Below are positions 25,872-38,925 of a stretch of 63,087 nt of DNA, piece by piece. The notes beneath the pieces are model-generated. The model did not search any database. It had not been told where the DNA came from and saw nothing but the letters and a program-made list of their open reading frames with translations. Both the position numbers and the translations under genes were made by a program. This DNA comes from Phoronis australis (taxonomy: Eukaryota; Animalia; Phoronida): assembly GCA_002633005.1 (NCBI GenBank), contig NMRA01000679.1, positions 17,620 to 80,706 on the forward strand, in the 5' to 3' direction. The number at the start of each line of letters is the position of its first letter. Within the stretch, counting starts at the first letter, position 1.

Positions 25872-27690
25872 TACCCTATTTGCCCTAATAAGCGGCCATG
25901 CCCCTGTAAGCGTCCCACACGTGTTCTCAGACTTTGCTAAAATAAGCGCCTAGCCCACAAACGCTGTGCACATGCAAAAAATACCTAATCTACAGTTCTA
26001 AAATTCAACTTGTCAATAAGATCCGACAGTCCTGAAACAAGAGCAACGCTGAGCGTTGAAATGTGCGCACAAATGCATTGCAAATGGTGTGCTTTTAGGG
26101 TTATTTATTTGTATCATAAAAATGGCCATTAGATGGCACAAAAACATACAATCCATTCAAAAACAGGAACATGCCATATTTTATAAAAATCTGTCAATGA
26201 ACGTCAGAGAAACAAACGAAAACAGAATAAAATGAAATTGTCACTAGTGGGCATTATCCGTTGGAGCCGCTTAAAAGTCGTCGTCGTCTGTTGTTATCTT
26301 CATATAAATATACTTACTAAATTTAGTAAAGATCCTGCAGTGGGTTTAGGAGATACAACTATGGGTGCGAAACAAAACTACCACTAGGAGGCGCCACAGT
26401 AATCAGTCACCATCATCAAAGGTCGTCTTCACACTGAGAACATATATGCCAAGTTTCAAATGATTTGGTTGATACAGGGGTGGACAAGATTTGAAAACAG
26501 CAAAAAATGGCCACTAGAAGGTGCAAAATACCTCGATTCCATCCAAAAACAGGAAGATGGCGTCATCACACCAATAGATGCCTATATTTAAAATTTTATG
26601 AAAATCTGATGAGGACCTTTGAAGATACCGAGTTAAACGTAAAAAAATTAAAATTGCCACTACGGGGCACAGCAGTAGTTAGATCTGTCCGAAAGTCAAC
26701 ATCATATAAATACACTTGCTAAATTAAGTAAATATCCTGCGAACGGTTTGGGAGATACAGCCAAAGGCGCAACAAAACAAAACTGCCACTAGGAGGCGCC
26801 ACAGTAGTCAAAATGGTCGGAAAATCATCGTCAACGGTCCTCTTTATAGTAAGCACATACATGCCAATTTTCACAATCATCCTTTGAGCGGTTTGGTTGA
26901 TAGAGGGATGGACGCAAAAACAGACATAAAAACAGTAAAAATGGCCACTAGGTGGCACAAAATACGTCAAATCCATCCGAAAACAAGAGGATAGCGTCAT
27001 CTCAATAATAGGTGCCTACATACCGAGTTTCATGAAAATCCGTTCAGGACTTTTGAAGACACAAAGGTAAGCGTAAAAAACTAAAATTGCCACTAGAGGG
27101 CACACCGGTAGTCGGATCCGTCCGAAAGTTCGCTCATTCCGTCCCATTTATGAATGGAACAAATGTGCCACATTTCATGAACGTAAGTCAAAGGGTTTTG
27201 GAGATAGAGCAGCGGACGCCGGATGCCGGACAGACGCCGCCCGGACGGACGGACGGACGGAGATGACGGCATAATGGGTCCACATATAAATATGTGGGAG
27301 CATAAAAATCAATGCGCGCAGAATTTGTAGAACACGAGACCACGCCGCTATATCACTATTTAGCCGTGACTATACACTTAAACTTCTGGCATGCTTCAAA
27401 AAGAATGCATTGCCAAGTTTTGATGATCTTGTGAAAGACGTGTCCTATTATGGTCTGGTCTTTCAGAACAGACGCAGCATACTTGTCAAAGGGATTGTAT
27501 TGTATCTTTCCCGTTCAGATCTTCTCCTTCAACAGGAATCCAAATCTCCTTGAACACATGAAAACTACGAATCGAAAACGAATAAAAACTTGACCTTTGT
27601 TCAGTTAAAAGCGAATGGCTAGGAAGCGCGTGCTACATTCAAGAATGAGTCATCGAAGATTAATCTCTATGCGTGGAACGGGTAGCATAA
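25872..27690 (-). mobile_element. Right part of a TA-flanked TIR element (HIRAN remnant at ~27310-27600), interrupted by HINE 26037-27305
   Basis: Starts TACCCTATTTGCCCTAATAAGCGGCCATGCCCC. Colinear with 37662-38190. Confidence 0.8.
26037..27305 (-). mobile_element. Full-length non-autonomous Helentron-type element (HINE/DINE-1-like), reference copy of the dominant family
   Basis: Read on the minus strand it starts TTATGCTCCCACATATTTATATGTGGACCCAT (subterminal IR plus hairpin), followed by a (GTCC)n microsatellite. It ends GTGCGCACATTTCAACGCTCAGCGTTGCTCTTGTT (subterminal IR, hairpin, CTTGTT). It sits in an A-run of a TIR element; the empty site CCTGAAAAAAATC is visible at ~37811. Confidence 0.85.
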
Positions 27691-28155
27691 CATCAGATGG
27701 CAACTTTCACTGTTCTACAGGAGCACTAAAAAGGTCAATTGATTTACTTCATCGAAAGCCAATACTAGTGTTTTATCTTGTTAGTGAATGACATTCATTC
27801 AGACAAACACATCACGGTGTATTTGGGAAGCCCGATGTGTCCCAAGTTTGATATTGATACAACCACCGAAGCTGATGACATCATCACATGTCCACAACAT
27901 ACATGAAAAGTGCATTGCAACAAGTGGATTTGTACATTATCTTAAAAGATACATGTTGACATAAAAAATTCTTTCTCCAAGACTTTTCATTTTGTGGATT
28001 GGGCCCTACTATGTGGTCTGTGCATATCAAACGCACCTCAAAAAGCATCAGGTAACCTGCACTTTTTTAAAGTCTACTTTATTCAGTTTTACATTGTGCA
28101 TTGTTTTCATTTAAAGATCATGCTGTACTTGGGTAGCATCTTTTTTGTTATCCAC

Positions 28156-28442
28156 AATGTGTAATAGACATGACACTTGTACTTGTTGTTGTCCACTATC
28201 TTTATTTCATATTATTCATAACCTCGGAACAAAGTTTGACATTGAACAGGACATTGGTAAAGTAATGGATCAAGAAACTTGATAAAAAGACAAGTGATAT
28301 TTCGAAACAATCTATCTTGTTTCATTCTCAAGTGTATGTCCCATGAATGAATGTCTTTGTCTAAATGTCAAGCAGTGTTACGAGGATATGAACGGAATGG
28401 AATAAAGATAGTCAATGACAAGTGTTGTGTCTTTAACAAATT
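28156..28442. mobile_element. ~290-bp MITE; related fragment at ~17360-17530
   Basis: Imperfect TIRs AATGTGTAATAGACATGACACTTGT / ACAAGTGTTGTGTCTTTAACAAATT. Confidence 0.6.
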
Positions 28443-30970
28443 TAAAGATCAGACTGTTGGATAGTATATACACATACCTGATTGTAGAGGCAAGCTAAGC
28501 ATGCAAGATGTGTAGCTGAAAAGTAATTCTTAATTATTAATCTTGAGCAGCAATTTTGGTATTTAGGCACAAAGCATCAACTGAATACTTCTAGCATAGT
28601 ATTTATCAAGTCCCTAACCCTACCCAACCTCAGGCATGGGGAACTTGATAACTGGGAATTTTGTTGTTTGTTTGACAAAGCATCAAGTCTATGTAACCCA
28701 ACTTGGACTACATGGGTATCTCATGTTTACTAGCTAAAATGTCAAATTTGTTCATACCTTGCTTGATTGTATCTGCACCATTCTCAAACAGTATAGAAAC
28801 TCTGAACTGCTAAAAACATCCATAACGTGGTAGAATTGTCGTGAGAATGTGATAAGGACCTCAGGGGTCTCCTGCTCCAATGACTTATCCACACTAATTT
28901 GAAAAGGCTCTGATCAGTCACATGTTGTGGGTCATAAAAGAGATGATACCTACAGCTGACGCGGCAAGCAAAACAACTTTTGTTTATCACATTAGTGCAG
29001 ACTCACAAAAGAAATAAAGAATTACGCTCTTATAAACCATTTGACTGTCAACTTGTTTCGGGAGACCTAAGTCTCCATGCCGTGTGTGCAACGATGATGC
29101 GCGATTTTCAAAGCTTTGTTCACAATGGTCAACATTAAAATGGAGAGCAAATATGTATACCCTTTACTTTTCCCAGCCTTCATTTCCAAATGGCTAAAAT
29201 TTCAGTTGTAAGCTGAAAAAAACCACACGGCCATTCTCGCTTGCTGCCCCGGAAAGAATAGCTACTCACTAGATTGCGCAAGTTACGTTCTTGTAGTTAC
29301 ACTAAGTTAATTAAATTTGCAGTTTTACTGCTAAACTTACCATAACAGGTGTACTCACATTTGCAATATTATAGCATGAAATATTTTAAAAATGTTAACA
29401 GTAAGTCAATTTTGACATCTGCCTTTGTTGACAGTGAAATCGCTTTACCGTGTAGTAATCTTGGAGACGAGACGATTCTCCACTTTCCCTGGCTGGCCCA
29501 GGCTGAATTTGAAGGATCTGGGCCAAAACTTCATTGATATTAGCAAAACAATTCGTGTTCAGATTTTTACAAGGAATTTAATTCTTAAACTTTATATACC
29601 ATTGAAAAGGGCGAAAATGCAAATGCGCTAGACATACTTATTCAGGCATCTCTAATGATCAAATAAGTAGCTGCTGTTTGAAAACCAGTACTCAAAAATG
29701 CTGCATTACAAACCAGTTGCATCAAATCAAGAAGGTCCATCTACTTGAAATCAGGCAGGCACAAAGCATTTATTTACATAATCGGCACTGTGAGGTGCCG
29801 CAGTGGTTGGAATAGTCTAAAAACCGATGGAAACCATGCTCTGCTTAATTGGATCATGTGTGCAAGTTTCCAAAAGATCCAACAAAAATCTTGGCAGATG
29901 AACAAAGTCAAGAAGACACAAAGAAATGTAAAATGATCACTAGAGGGCATTATGTCAATCTGCCAGAAAATTATTGTCAGCCATGCTCTCCTCAATAGGA
30001 ACTGCCAAGTTTCATTGTGACTCTTCATTTGAAGATAGGGAGGCAGATGCCAAAACCCAACCGATTTTGTCTGAAATTAATGACATATGCTGTTCACTCC
30101 TTAATAGAAACTCAATTGCTAGTAAAACTCCACGAAAATATATCTTAGTTTGTAAATATTGAGGGATATGCAAAGACAAACTCAACCCACGCTACTGTCA
30201 GTAGGAACATATACCATATTCGCCCTAATAAGCACCCAGGGCGCTTAGAAAATTCGTTTCAGGAAGTGGGGGCGCTTATTATAGCCCAGTGGTTGAAACC
30301 TGGTATCCAAAACAGGTGAAATCGTAAGCTAGAATTCATCAAATTTACGCTTTGTGAAGCATCAGTAACCTATGACAGAGTTTCTACAAAATTGCAGTGC
30401 GTTGCTGTCAAACTTTGTAGTTAAATTACGAACATTTTTCAGAAAATCAAAGTGCAAAAACTCGCGATCACTGATAGGCCAACTTGAATTCTTGAGTAAA
30501 AATATAGTTTTGACTCAACAAATTACCTGAAATCCTCCTTAAGGTTTCAAAATAGCGTCCCTAAGAATTTTAAGTTCCTGTGGAGTCGGAATTAACTGCA
30601 ATTAAATCCAAATCTGTGCTGGATCGTACCCCGCAACACGAGAAAAATCTTTGGATGAACAAACATGTTGTCACGTGACATTTGTTTTGAAGTTTGTCTG
30701 CCTATTGTGTGAGTGAGCGACTGCGGGTGTCATCAAGAGTTAATTTTCCAGAGTAAAAGAAATGTATGGATCTAGGTGTGCAACTAAAGAAATTAACAAA
30801 GCAGTAAAGCAGAATGAGTTATATTTACCATTTGAGAATTGTCTCGGTAAGGCCGATATTGAGTCACCAGGTGACTAGATGCGTGACAGTCTTTAAAATT
30901 ATTTTTCAGAAGATTCCGGGAGAGTTAGGGTGAGGAAGTGTTCACTATCAGTGGGCCATTTTGACTTTAA

Positions 30971-33495
30971 AGTCCTGGTCTCAAAATGCCCATGTAGTTC
31001 CAGTATCCGAAAATACTTATCTTATTTTTGACACCCTTTCTTTATATTTTTTTCGCTTTTCTTGCCAAAAGCGATTTTTGAACAGTATTTGACCCTTCTC
31101 TGTGAGCGTATAATTACCGGCTATCATCGATTATTTCCGTACCCACATTTCCGGCTCATCAGTTCAGGAACTTGTCCTGAATGCCGCCATTTTTTCCTTG
31201 TAACTGAATGAGCTATCGCTTGCTCGAAAAGTCTTCATTATTGTTTTACTAGTAATATCTCGTGATTCGTTTGCATATGTAGTGTATTTATAGTTGGTAG
31301 TTAGTGGTCGTTGAATTTTTTTGGAATGTTACGCGTACTTATTACGTTAAAGTAGCATTGGTGTTTAGTTCCTTACGTAGGGCAGTCGAACCTAGGAACC
31401 AAGATGAGTCGAACCTAGGAACCAAGATGAGTCGAACCAATTTTTTTGCGTTTTGATTTTGTTTCTTGTTTTGAAAAAGTACTTTGCAATCATCGGAAAA
31501 GTAGTGCATTCTACTCAGTAAAAATCAAAAAAAATATCAAAATTGGGGCAAGCAGTGTAAAGTTATGAATTGCAATTTTTGTGGCGAAATTTGGGTCACT
31601 TTGTTTGGATCGCATCGGCCATATTGGAGGACAGCAGGATATGTTACGAGTTTAAAACTTTGTGTAAATTGTTTTCGCCAACAATTTACCGTGAAATTTA
31701 GTGAGACATATCTTTACTTACTATTCTGCACGATTCAACACCAAATTTAAGCCTCGCAGTTGTTACTGATTAAGTGATAAATTTGCTCACAATTCCCGTT
31801 GGACTTCGTCCCATTTCTGGCGGCACCGACAACATGATGACTTTTGGTGAACTGGAAGGCATGTTCAACCTGTTACCCTACTTTGTAATTTTTGAAGATT
31901 TAATGTTAATACATTTTGAAAAACGTTGCTACAAAAAAGGAACTTTGTTCATTTTTCGGGTTTTTGGTGCAAGAATATAAGATATATTGGTATTATTTTA
32001 CTGTGAATGTCCCATTCAGGTGATCTTACACTAAGCTAAAAAAAGTTGAAATAATTTTAAAATGGTTTTTTTGAGTGTCAACTACTGTTCACAAAATGGT
32101 GCATATTTTTCAAAATTTCAAGTCTCAATTGCTTTCAAGTCATGTTTTGTAACTTATTGCTTCTTAATTTAGGTTATATTCATGTTATCAAGTCAACAAT
32201 ATGAATAATCTTAATTTAGTTGCTTCAAGCCTCCAATTCTTGTTCCTTGCAACTTCATATTTTTTTAATCATGCTTGTCAAATTCTGGTGTAAGGAAACA
32301 CTATTCACTAACCATGGTAATAGTTACATGTATGTCCACTTTCATATCATAGAAACTTTTGCTGTTGAATAGTGTTTGTAATATGCTAAATGTTGTAAAG
32401 TATTGTGCATTAAGTTACTTATGATATTAAAAGGTTGAATCATTTTGGCTTTATGAATAAAAAATGATAACATTTTGTATTGGACTTATCATACTTATGT
32501 GCTCGAGCGAGCCCTCTATTTGGAGAAATGGAAAAAGGTCTGCCTCAGTCAGAGAAGCATGAATTCCGAAAAAACTAGAAAATGAGACAATATTTCACTA
32601 GAAGACAGAAAGTACCAAAATTTAGCATCTGCAATTCATAGCTCTGAACATACCCAGTGAATCTTATCGTAAAAGATAGACATTACCAAAAATTCCAGCC
32701 CCCCATTTTTTACGCTTCGTGCGCTCATACAAAGTCTGGGGAATCTCTGTTGAAACCCAACAACTTTGCACAGTTCCCCAGAAGTACCCAAGTTCTAAAT
32801 AAACCTCGTTTGAGCGAGCGCTGTGGCCAGCGACCAGGTAAGCCTAAGGGTAGCCTTAACGCAAAGTTATATAGGCCTACTAACAACCTGTAGCGAGTCT
32901 TCATACTGGTAGCTGGCACTGAGGATAGCTAAGGGCTGCCGCGGCAGTGTGACACAGGACTAACCAGCCCGTAATTTTATGCAAGTGTCTGAAACTATCT
33001 TTGAATGTATACGGCATTTATGATTTGAACATTTTACTTCGACAAAACAGCTTGCAACCGCATGCCTTTACCGTTCGCCAGTGTCTAGTCTCGATCCGCA
33101 CCGGGTCCGATAGGCTACGGTCCCGAGTCCGGCAAACTAATTTCTGTCAAAATTTATTCGCCACATTTCTTCAGCAAATTCGATAAAATTGTATGTATTT
33201 TCATTTTAATAAAATCAAGGCGCGCTGTTGATTATTTTATCCCCGTTTGCAGGCTGGTTTCAGGCACTCGTCCATTCACACTGACGGCGTTTTCTTAGCC
33301 TGGGTTCTTGAATTAATTGTACTTCCGGGTTTGCAGTAAGTTCAAAATGGCGGTGGTTCTTTGGGTGCAAATCGTGAGTGGCGCGTTCATTTAAACTTTT
33401 TTCGCGTACGGATCGTGTATTAGTTATGGGGTAGGTACTTCTGGGATCCTTATAACATCCTCTAATAAGGGTTAACAACGTGTGAGACCAGGACT
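30971..33495. mobile_element. Non-autonomous Kolobok-like DNA transposon
   Basis: TTAA|AGTCCTGGTCTCA ... TGAGACCAGGACT|TTAA. Perfect 13-bp TIR with AG..CT ends and a TTAA TSD. The empty site CTTTAAAAACACC is seen at ~46230. Confidence 0.85.
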
Positions 33496-33643
33496 TTAAA
33501 AACACCAGATACATTTAATTTAATAATTCCTCCTAAAATAACGCAAATGTTTTTTACGGTATTATAAACTTTCGGGAATAAGTGGCAGTATGTATCGCTA
33601 GTTTCCAGGCCACATGTTTTTAACAAAGGTCAAGTTTTTATTA

Positions 33644-33960
33644 GTCTTCGATTCGCGGTTTTCATGTATACAAAGAAATTTAGATTCCTGTTGTGGTAGA
33701 AGATCTGTATGGGAAAGACACAATACAATCCCTTTGACAAGTACGCTGTGTCTGTTCTGACAGGCCAGACTATAATAGGACATCTCCCTCGCAAAATCAG
33801 CAAAACTTTTGCATTCTTATTGAAGCACGTTGGATGTTTGAAGTGTATAATCACGGCTAAATACCAGCAAAGCAGCGAGGCTCGTGGTCTACAAATTCCG
33901 CGCACAATGATTTTTTCAGGACTATCGGATCGTATTGATACATTTAAGACATTACTGTAG
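33644..33960 (+). pseudogene. HIRAN-domain-like ORF remnant inside the TIR element
   Basis: SSIRGFHVYKEI(W>*)IPV..EDL, then a frameshift, then NPFDKYAVSVLTGQTIIGHLPRKISKTFAFLLKH..LKCIITAKY...GLQIP. This matches the HIRAN pattern G.H.Y ... N..D..AV.V ... IG.LP. Confidence 0.8.
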
Positions 33961-34073
33961 AATGTTAGAACTGTAGGTAATGCATTTTTCACATGTGCAC
34001 AGTGTTCATGGACTGGGCACTTATTTTAGCAAAGTCTGAAAATGCGTGGAGGGCGCTTATAGGGGCATGGATT

Positions 34074-36311
34074 CCCATACGAAAAGGAAAAGTTGAGCTT
34101 CAATTGAGATTCAATTGAAATTCAATTGAAAATTGAAGTTCTATTGAATATGTCTATTGAATGAAAATTCAATTGGCACTTCCCTTGCCGTCAATTGAAT
34201 GGCTATTGAACGGCTATTGAACAGCTATTGAATTTCTGCACTTAGAAAATTTTTAGCTGTTCTGTATTGAATGGCTATTGAATTCCAGGACTTAGAAAAA
34301 TTTTGGCCGTTCGGAATTGAATAGTTATTGAATTTGAGAACTAAGAAAATTTCAGGATGCTGTGGAACTGAATGGCTATTGAATTTCAAGACTTAGGGAA
34401 TTTCTGGATGGTTTGCTTTAACAAGTTACCAGCAATGTTTATTTTAAACATGCCTTACCAATTGGTTGCCAAGGTTACATCCCTGGAAAGTGACCTTTAA
34501 GATTTTCAAACCCTCTCAAACGGTTTTGGTCCAGCATAAACTCTGCATGGATAGTGAAGAACTGCATACATTAAATGGTGAATTTTTGATTACAACATTG
34601 TATTTTTGTCAATTTGATTGTTAAGTGACATTTATGTTTCACTTATGAATGAGTGGCTTTACTCTTGCAAACAAAAAGGAAGTTTTTTTAAGTGATCCAA
34701 TTGATTAAGGTTATGGAAGTTAAGTAGTATAGAGCACAGATTTCAAAATGAGTTGGGTTACAGACCAAAACCTGCATGTGCATGTAGTTGCCAAGACAAG
34801 TGTCAGTTAATCGTGTTTTGACCTAACATATTTTATTTACTTTAATTACTTGAGACTTAGAAACACCTTGTTATGATTCTGTGTTAAAATTCTCACATCA
34901 GAGCAAGGAGAGAAAAGTAAATTTTTATTTTTGTTACATGAACTGAAACTAAATAATTGAGCTATAGGCACTATTAGTAAGAGATGTATCGGATATTAGA
35001 GGTTTGCCATTGCCACCAGTCATCTACCCGTAGTGTCTCTGCAGTATGGTTTAACTGTTCTGCTCATGGGACTAAAAATCAAACTTCAGCTATGAGTTTC
35101 CAGTAGTGTAGCAAATAACCCTCTTATTAATGCTCTTAGTCAAAAGCACATTAAATTTTCTAAAGACTATGGCTAATTAACTAAGAAAGCATTCATGTAT
35201 TTCCTGAGCGACAAGCTCAATACATAATTCAAATTTACTTAATACTTTATTTGATACCCTCTAACTGGATATTTTTCAACTTTTTTAGTACAGAAGAAGA
35301 TTTTGAAAACATGCATGATAAAGTGAAAGACTATAACTCTTGGGAGCTAATACCCACTGACCCACCAACACTGTGCCGCGGTCATCAGTTCCTGTTGTGG
35401 ACAGATACCTGAAATTAATGGATTATATCAAGTCTCAGTACTCTGAAAAGTGCGGACTCCAGAGTTCTGCAGAGACCATGAAAGGCTGTACAATGCCGAC
35501 ATTTAAAGATTTGGTATCACATGTGGACCGTGCTTTTCAGACAACTAATATTTTGCTGCTATAGCTTTGTATGCCTGAAATAATTATTTTTTATCTTATC
35601 GCCTACATATATTTAGCTAACTGGATATAAAATACTACTTTACCCTTCAACGTATGGATGTGTTCAACTAATTGTTCATAGTGTCAAATGATTATTTCAT
35701 GTACGAGGCTCAGCATACAAATGTTTAAAAAACAATGTACAATTAGTCAGCATTAGATTCTTCAAAATGTTTACAAAGGCTGCTACTATTCAAATGCCTA
35801 AGGCTCTGTTTTTGTTTTTCTTTGACTGATGCTGTATGATAATTGTAAAACTTGTGCAAGTTTCGATTTAAGGTTTCGAAATGTTCAGTTGTCTATGATT
35901 TGATTTTATTCATGCATGCCAGATTGTTGAATGAAGATTGTGAACTATTCTTATCTCTTGAACAGATTAACAACAATACATCCTATTTTTGAAAGAGTTA
36001 ATTTATTATAGAAAATACTTGAAATTCAAAATATTCTGTATAGTTAGAAAAATTGAATGGCCATTGAACGGCTATTGAATGGCTATTGAATGGTTATTGA
36101 ATATGGGATGATCCTGTACTGCATGGAGAATTGAATGGCTATTGAACGGCTATTGAATTCCTATTGAATGGCTATTGAATATGCTAATGAATTGAATCAA
36201 TTCATTTACATGGCAAAAACTTCAAATGAATTTTAATTGAATATCAATTGAACCTCAATTGAATTTCAATTCCTGTCCCAACTGAAAGTCCAGTGTACTT
36301 TTTCGTATGGG
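34074..36311. mobile_element. Non-autonomous EnSpm/CACTA-like element
   Basis: TIR CCCATACGAAAA / TTTTCGTATGGG, dense subterminal (G)CTATTGAA repeats at 34140-34385 and 36050-36260, no TTAA flank. Confidence 0.7.
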
Positions 36312-37661
36312 TGCTTATTAGGGCAAATACGGTAAATCAAATTCAATGAAGATCCAGAAAGAACTTCATAAATATTGAGACACAAAAATAAAACTGCCAC
36401 TTAACGCAATAGTAAAGAGATTGGACCAGTCCGAAAATAAACATTGGTCGTACTTCCCTAAATAATAACATGTTTTCCAAATTTCATAATGGCTGATAGT
36501 CAAAAGCAGACGTCAAAAAATTAGTAATCAATGGACACTGAGGGGGAGCAAAACAGCCGCTGAGTTATTAGACTTCGTCGGGGTTCCTCCGGTGAGCCAA
36601 GCATGACAGTAACCGGAGATAGACCAGACAGTCAGGCTTTAATTGATTCTGACAACTGGCGTGAGCTTAAGCATAATAACTGTGCCCGGAACTTACCACG
36701 ATTTGGGCGGAGCGTGAGTGAATCGTATTTTGACTGATATTTCTCAGCAATAGAATCATCTTTATTAGCACACTATAGTGAACAAGTGTATTACCAACAT
36801 CCCACAACCAAAGAAGGGGTGGGATAATTGGGGAAAAGGACCAAAATGACCCTCCCTCTGTCTTGGAAGAAATAAAATCCTTCTTTATGAGATCGACCAG
36901 TGGTTTCGGTCTCCATGCTCTGCGGTTTGTCGCATAACTGGTCAAAGACTGTCTAATGCTTACAGCAAGGTGCAAAATCGTGGAAATTTGAACACCTCTT
37001 GAAACAAGAGCAACGCGGAGCCTTGAAATGCACCCATGACTGCACCACACATAAGGGTCAGCGTGGTCAGAAAGCGCCCACCTCATGAATAGAGCTTCCT
37101 CACAATAGTTTCAATAGAGCTATTGTGAGTCAGCCACCACACCAGCTTGGGATTACCTGATAGCTGAATGATAAACCAGTGCTTGCAGAAAACAGATTGT
37201 CATACTCACAAAATTTTAACCCTTTATTTTTAATTTCAAGTATACCATTAAAATTGTCGATCAAAAACAGCTCTGTTTGTGTTCGAACGGTGAAATTTGA
37301 TGCACAACTTCCCCATTCATAAAAATATTGCGCACACGAGAAGCCATAAATTAATGCGCATGTGATGAGGTCCCATTGAGTTCGCAAAAATTGTCGGTTA
37401 AAGCTCAAGAAAACTGAAAATTTTATTCTGAAGATATCTGAAACTTGATACGTTACTTTTTATGTAACAGGGCCAAGAAACGGTTACGTATTTCGCATTT
37501 TATGGAATTAAATGAGAACTATTTTCTTACCCATTGACAACCGACTGTAGTGCGCAGACGACAAGTGACCATGCAGCGCTCCACTTGGATTGCTACTAAT
37601 TCTCACGTGGCAACAGTGCAGAAGTGCGCGCATGCAAGCTTCACGTGTTGGAGAGATTAAC

Positions 37662-38925
37662 TACCGAATTCACCCTAATAAGCCCCCATGCCCCTATAAG
37701 CGCCCCCCCCCCTAGCGTTTTCTGACGGCTAAAATAAGCGCCCAGCGCATGAACGCCTACAGTTAAAGTTGCATAGTAACGTCTTGAATTGATGAATAAG
37801 AATGGACAGTCCTGAAAAAAATCATTGTGTGCGAAATTTGTAGACCACGAGCCTTGCCGCTATGTCGGTATTAGCTGCGAATATACACTCCAAACTTCCG
37901 CCGTGCTTTTAAAAAGAATGCAAAAGTTTTGCTGATCTTGCGAGGGACGTGTTCTATTATGGTCTGGCCTTTCACAGTGTACTTGTGGTATTTCAGTATT
38001 CTTCCCGCACAGATCTTCTACTTCAACAGGAATCCAAATTTTCTGTATATGTGAAAACCGCGAATCGAAGACTAATAAAAACTTGACCTTAGTTAAAATC
38101 CAGTGGCCAAGCGCACGCTTCATTGTAACAGTCATTGAATATTAATCTTTGGGAACTATCTATTCATGAAAGGAGCAGCATAGCATCGACAAGAAATCAA
38201 TACTGGCACTTATTTTCGAAACTTTCTACTATCGTAAAAACGTTTGCGTTATTTTTAGGAGGAATTATTAAATTAGTCGTAATTGGTGTTTTTAAAGTCA
38301 AAATGACAAACTGATAGTGAAAATTTCCGCACCCTTACACCACCGAATCTCCCGATCATTACATCGCGTTCACTCTGGCAAATGAACTCTGATGACACGC
38401 ACGCACTCGTTCACTCACACACACAGACGAACTTCAAATAAACATCACGTGACAACATGTGTGTTCGTCCACAGATTTTCTCGAGTTGCAGAGTACAATC
38501 TAGCGAAGATATGGACTTAATATGGAGTAAATCCCGACTTCACAGGAACTTAAAAATGTTAGCGATGCTATTTTGAAAACTTAAGGAGGACTTCAGGTAA
38601 TTAGTTGAGTCAAAACTATATTTTTACTCATGAATTCAAGTTAACCTATGGGCGATCGCGAGGCAGCGACGCATCAGTCGATGAGTTTTTGCACTGGGAT
38701 TTTCTGAAAAATGCTTGTGATTTAACAATAAATTTCGATTGCAATGCACTGCAATTTTGTGGAAACTCTATCATAAGTTACAGATGCTTAAATTTGATGA
38801 ATTCTAGCTTACGATTTCACCTGTTTCGGAGATCGGGTTTCCAACGCTTTGGGCTATAATAAGCGCCCCCTTCCCGAAGCGAATTTTTCTAAGCATCGTG
38901 GGTGCTTATTTGGGCGAATGCAGCA
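37662..38925 (-). mobile_element. Full TA-flanked TIR element (HIRAN-carrying family), inverted
   Basis: TACCGAATTCACCCTAATAAGCCCCC ... GCTTATTTGGGCGAATGCAGCA. HIRAN remnant (KIWIPVEVEDL) at ~37780-38080. Confidence 0.85.

Larger units (their letters stand above)
30212..36334 (+). mobile_element. Full TA-flanked pogo/Tc1-mariner-like TIR element (HIRAN-carrying) hosting two nested insertions
   Basis: TA-CCATATTCGCCCTAATAAGCACCC ... GCTTATTAGGGCAAATACGG-TA. About 1.35 kb after removing 30971-33499 and 34074-36311. Confidence 0.85.

Noticed and set aside
31385-31440. 23-bp tandem duplication containing GTCGAACC (tRNA B-box-like on the reverse strand)
   Set aside because: No cloverleaf or A-box; a local slippage relative to the copy at ~10158.
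36560-37000. Possible DIRS/LTR terminal fragment or 139-aa ORF
   Set aside because: No recognisable protein motif or paired terminus. The ORF runs in from an adjacent HINE end.
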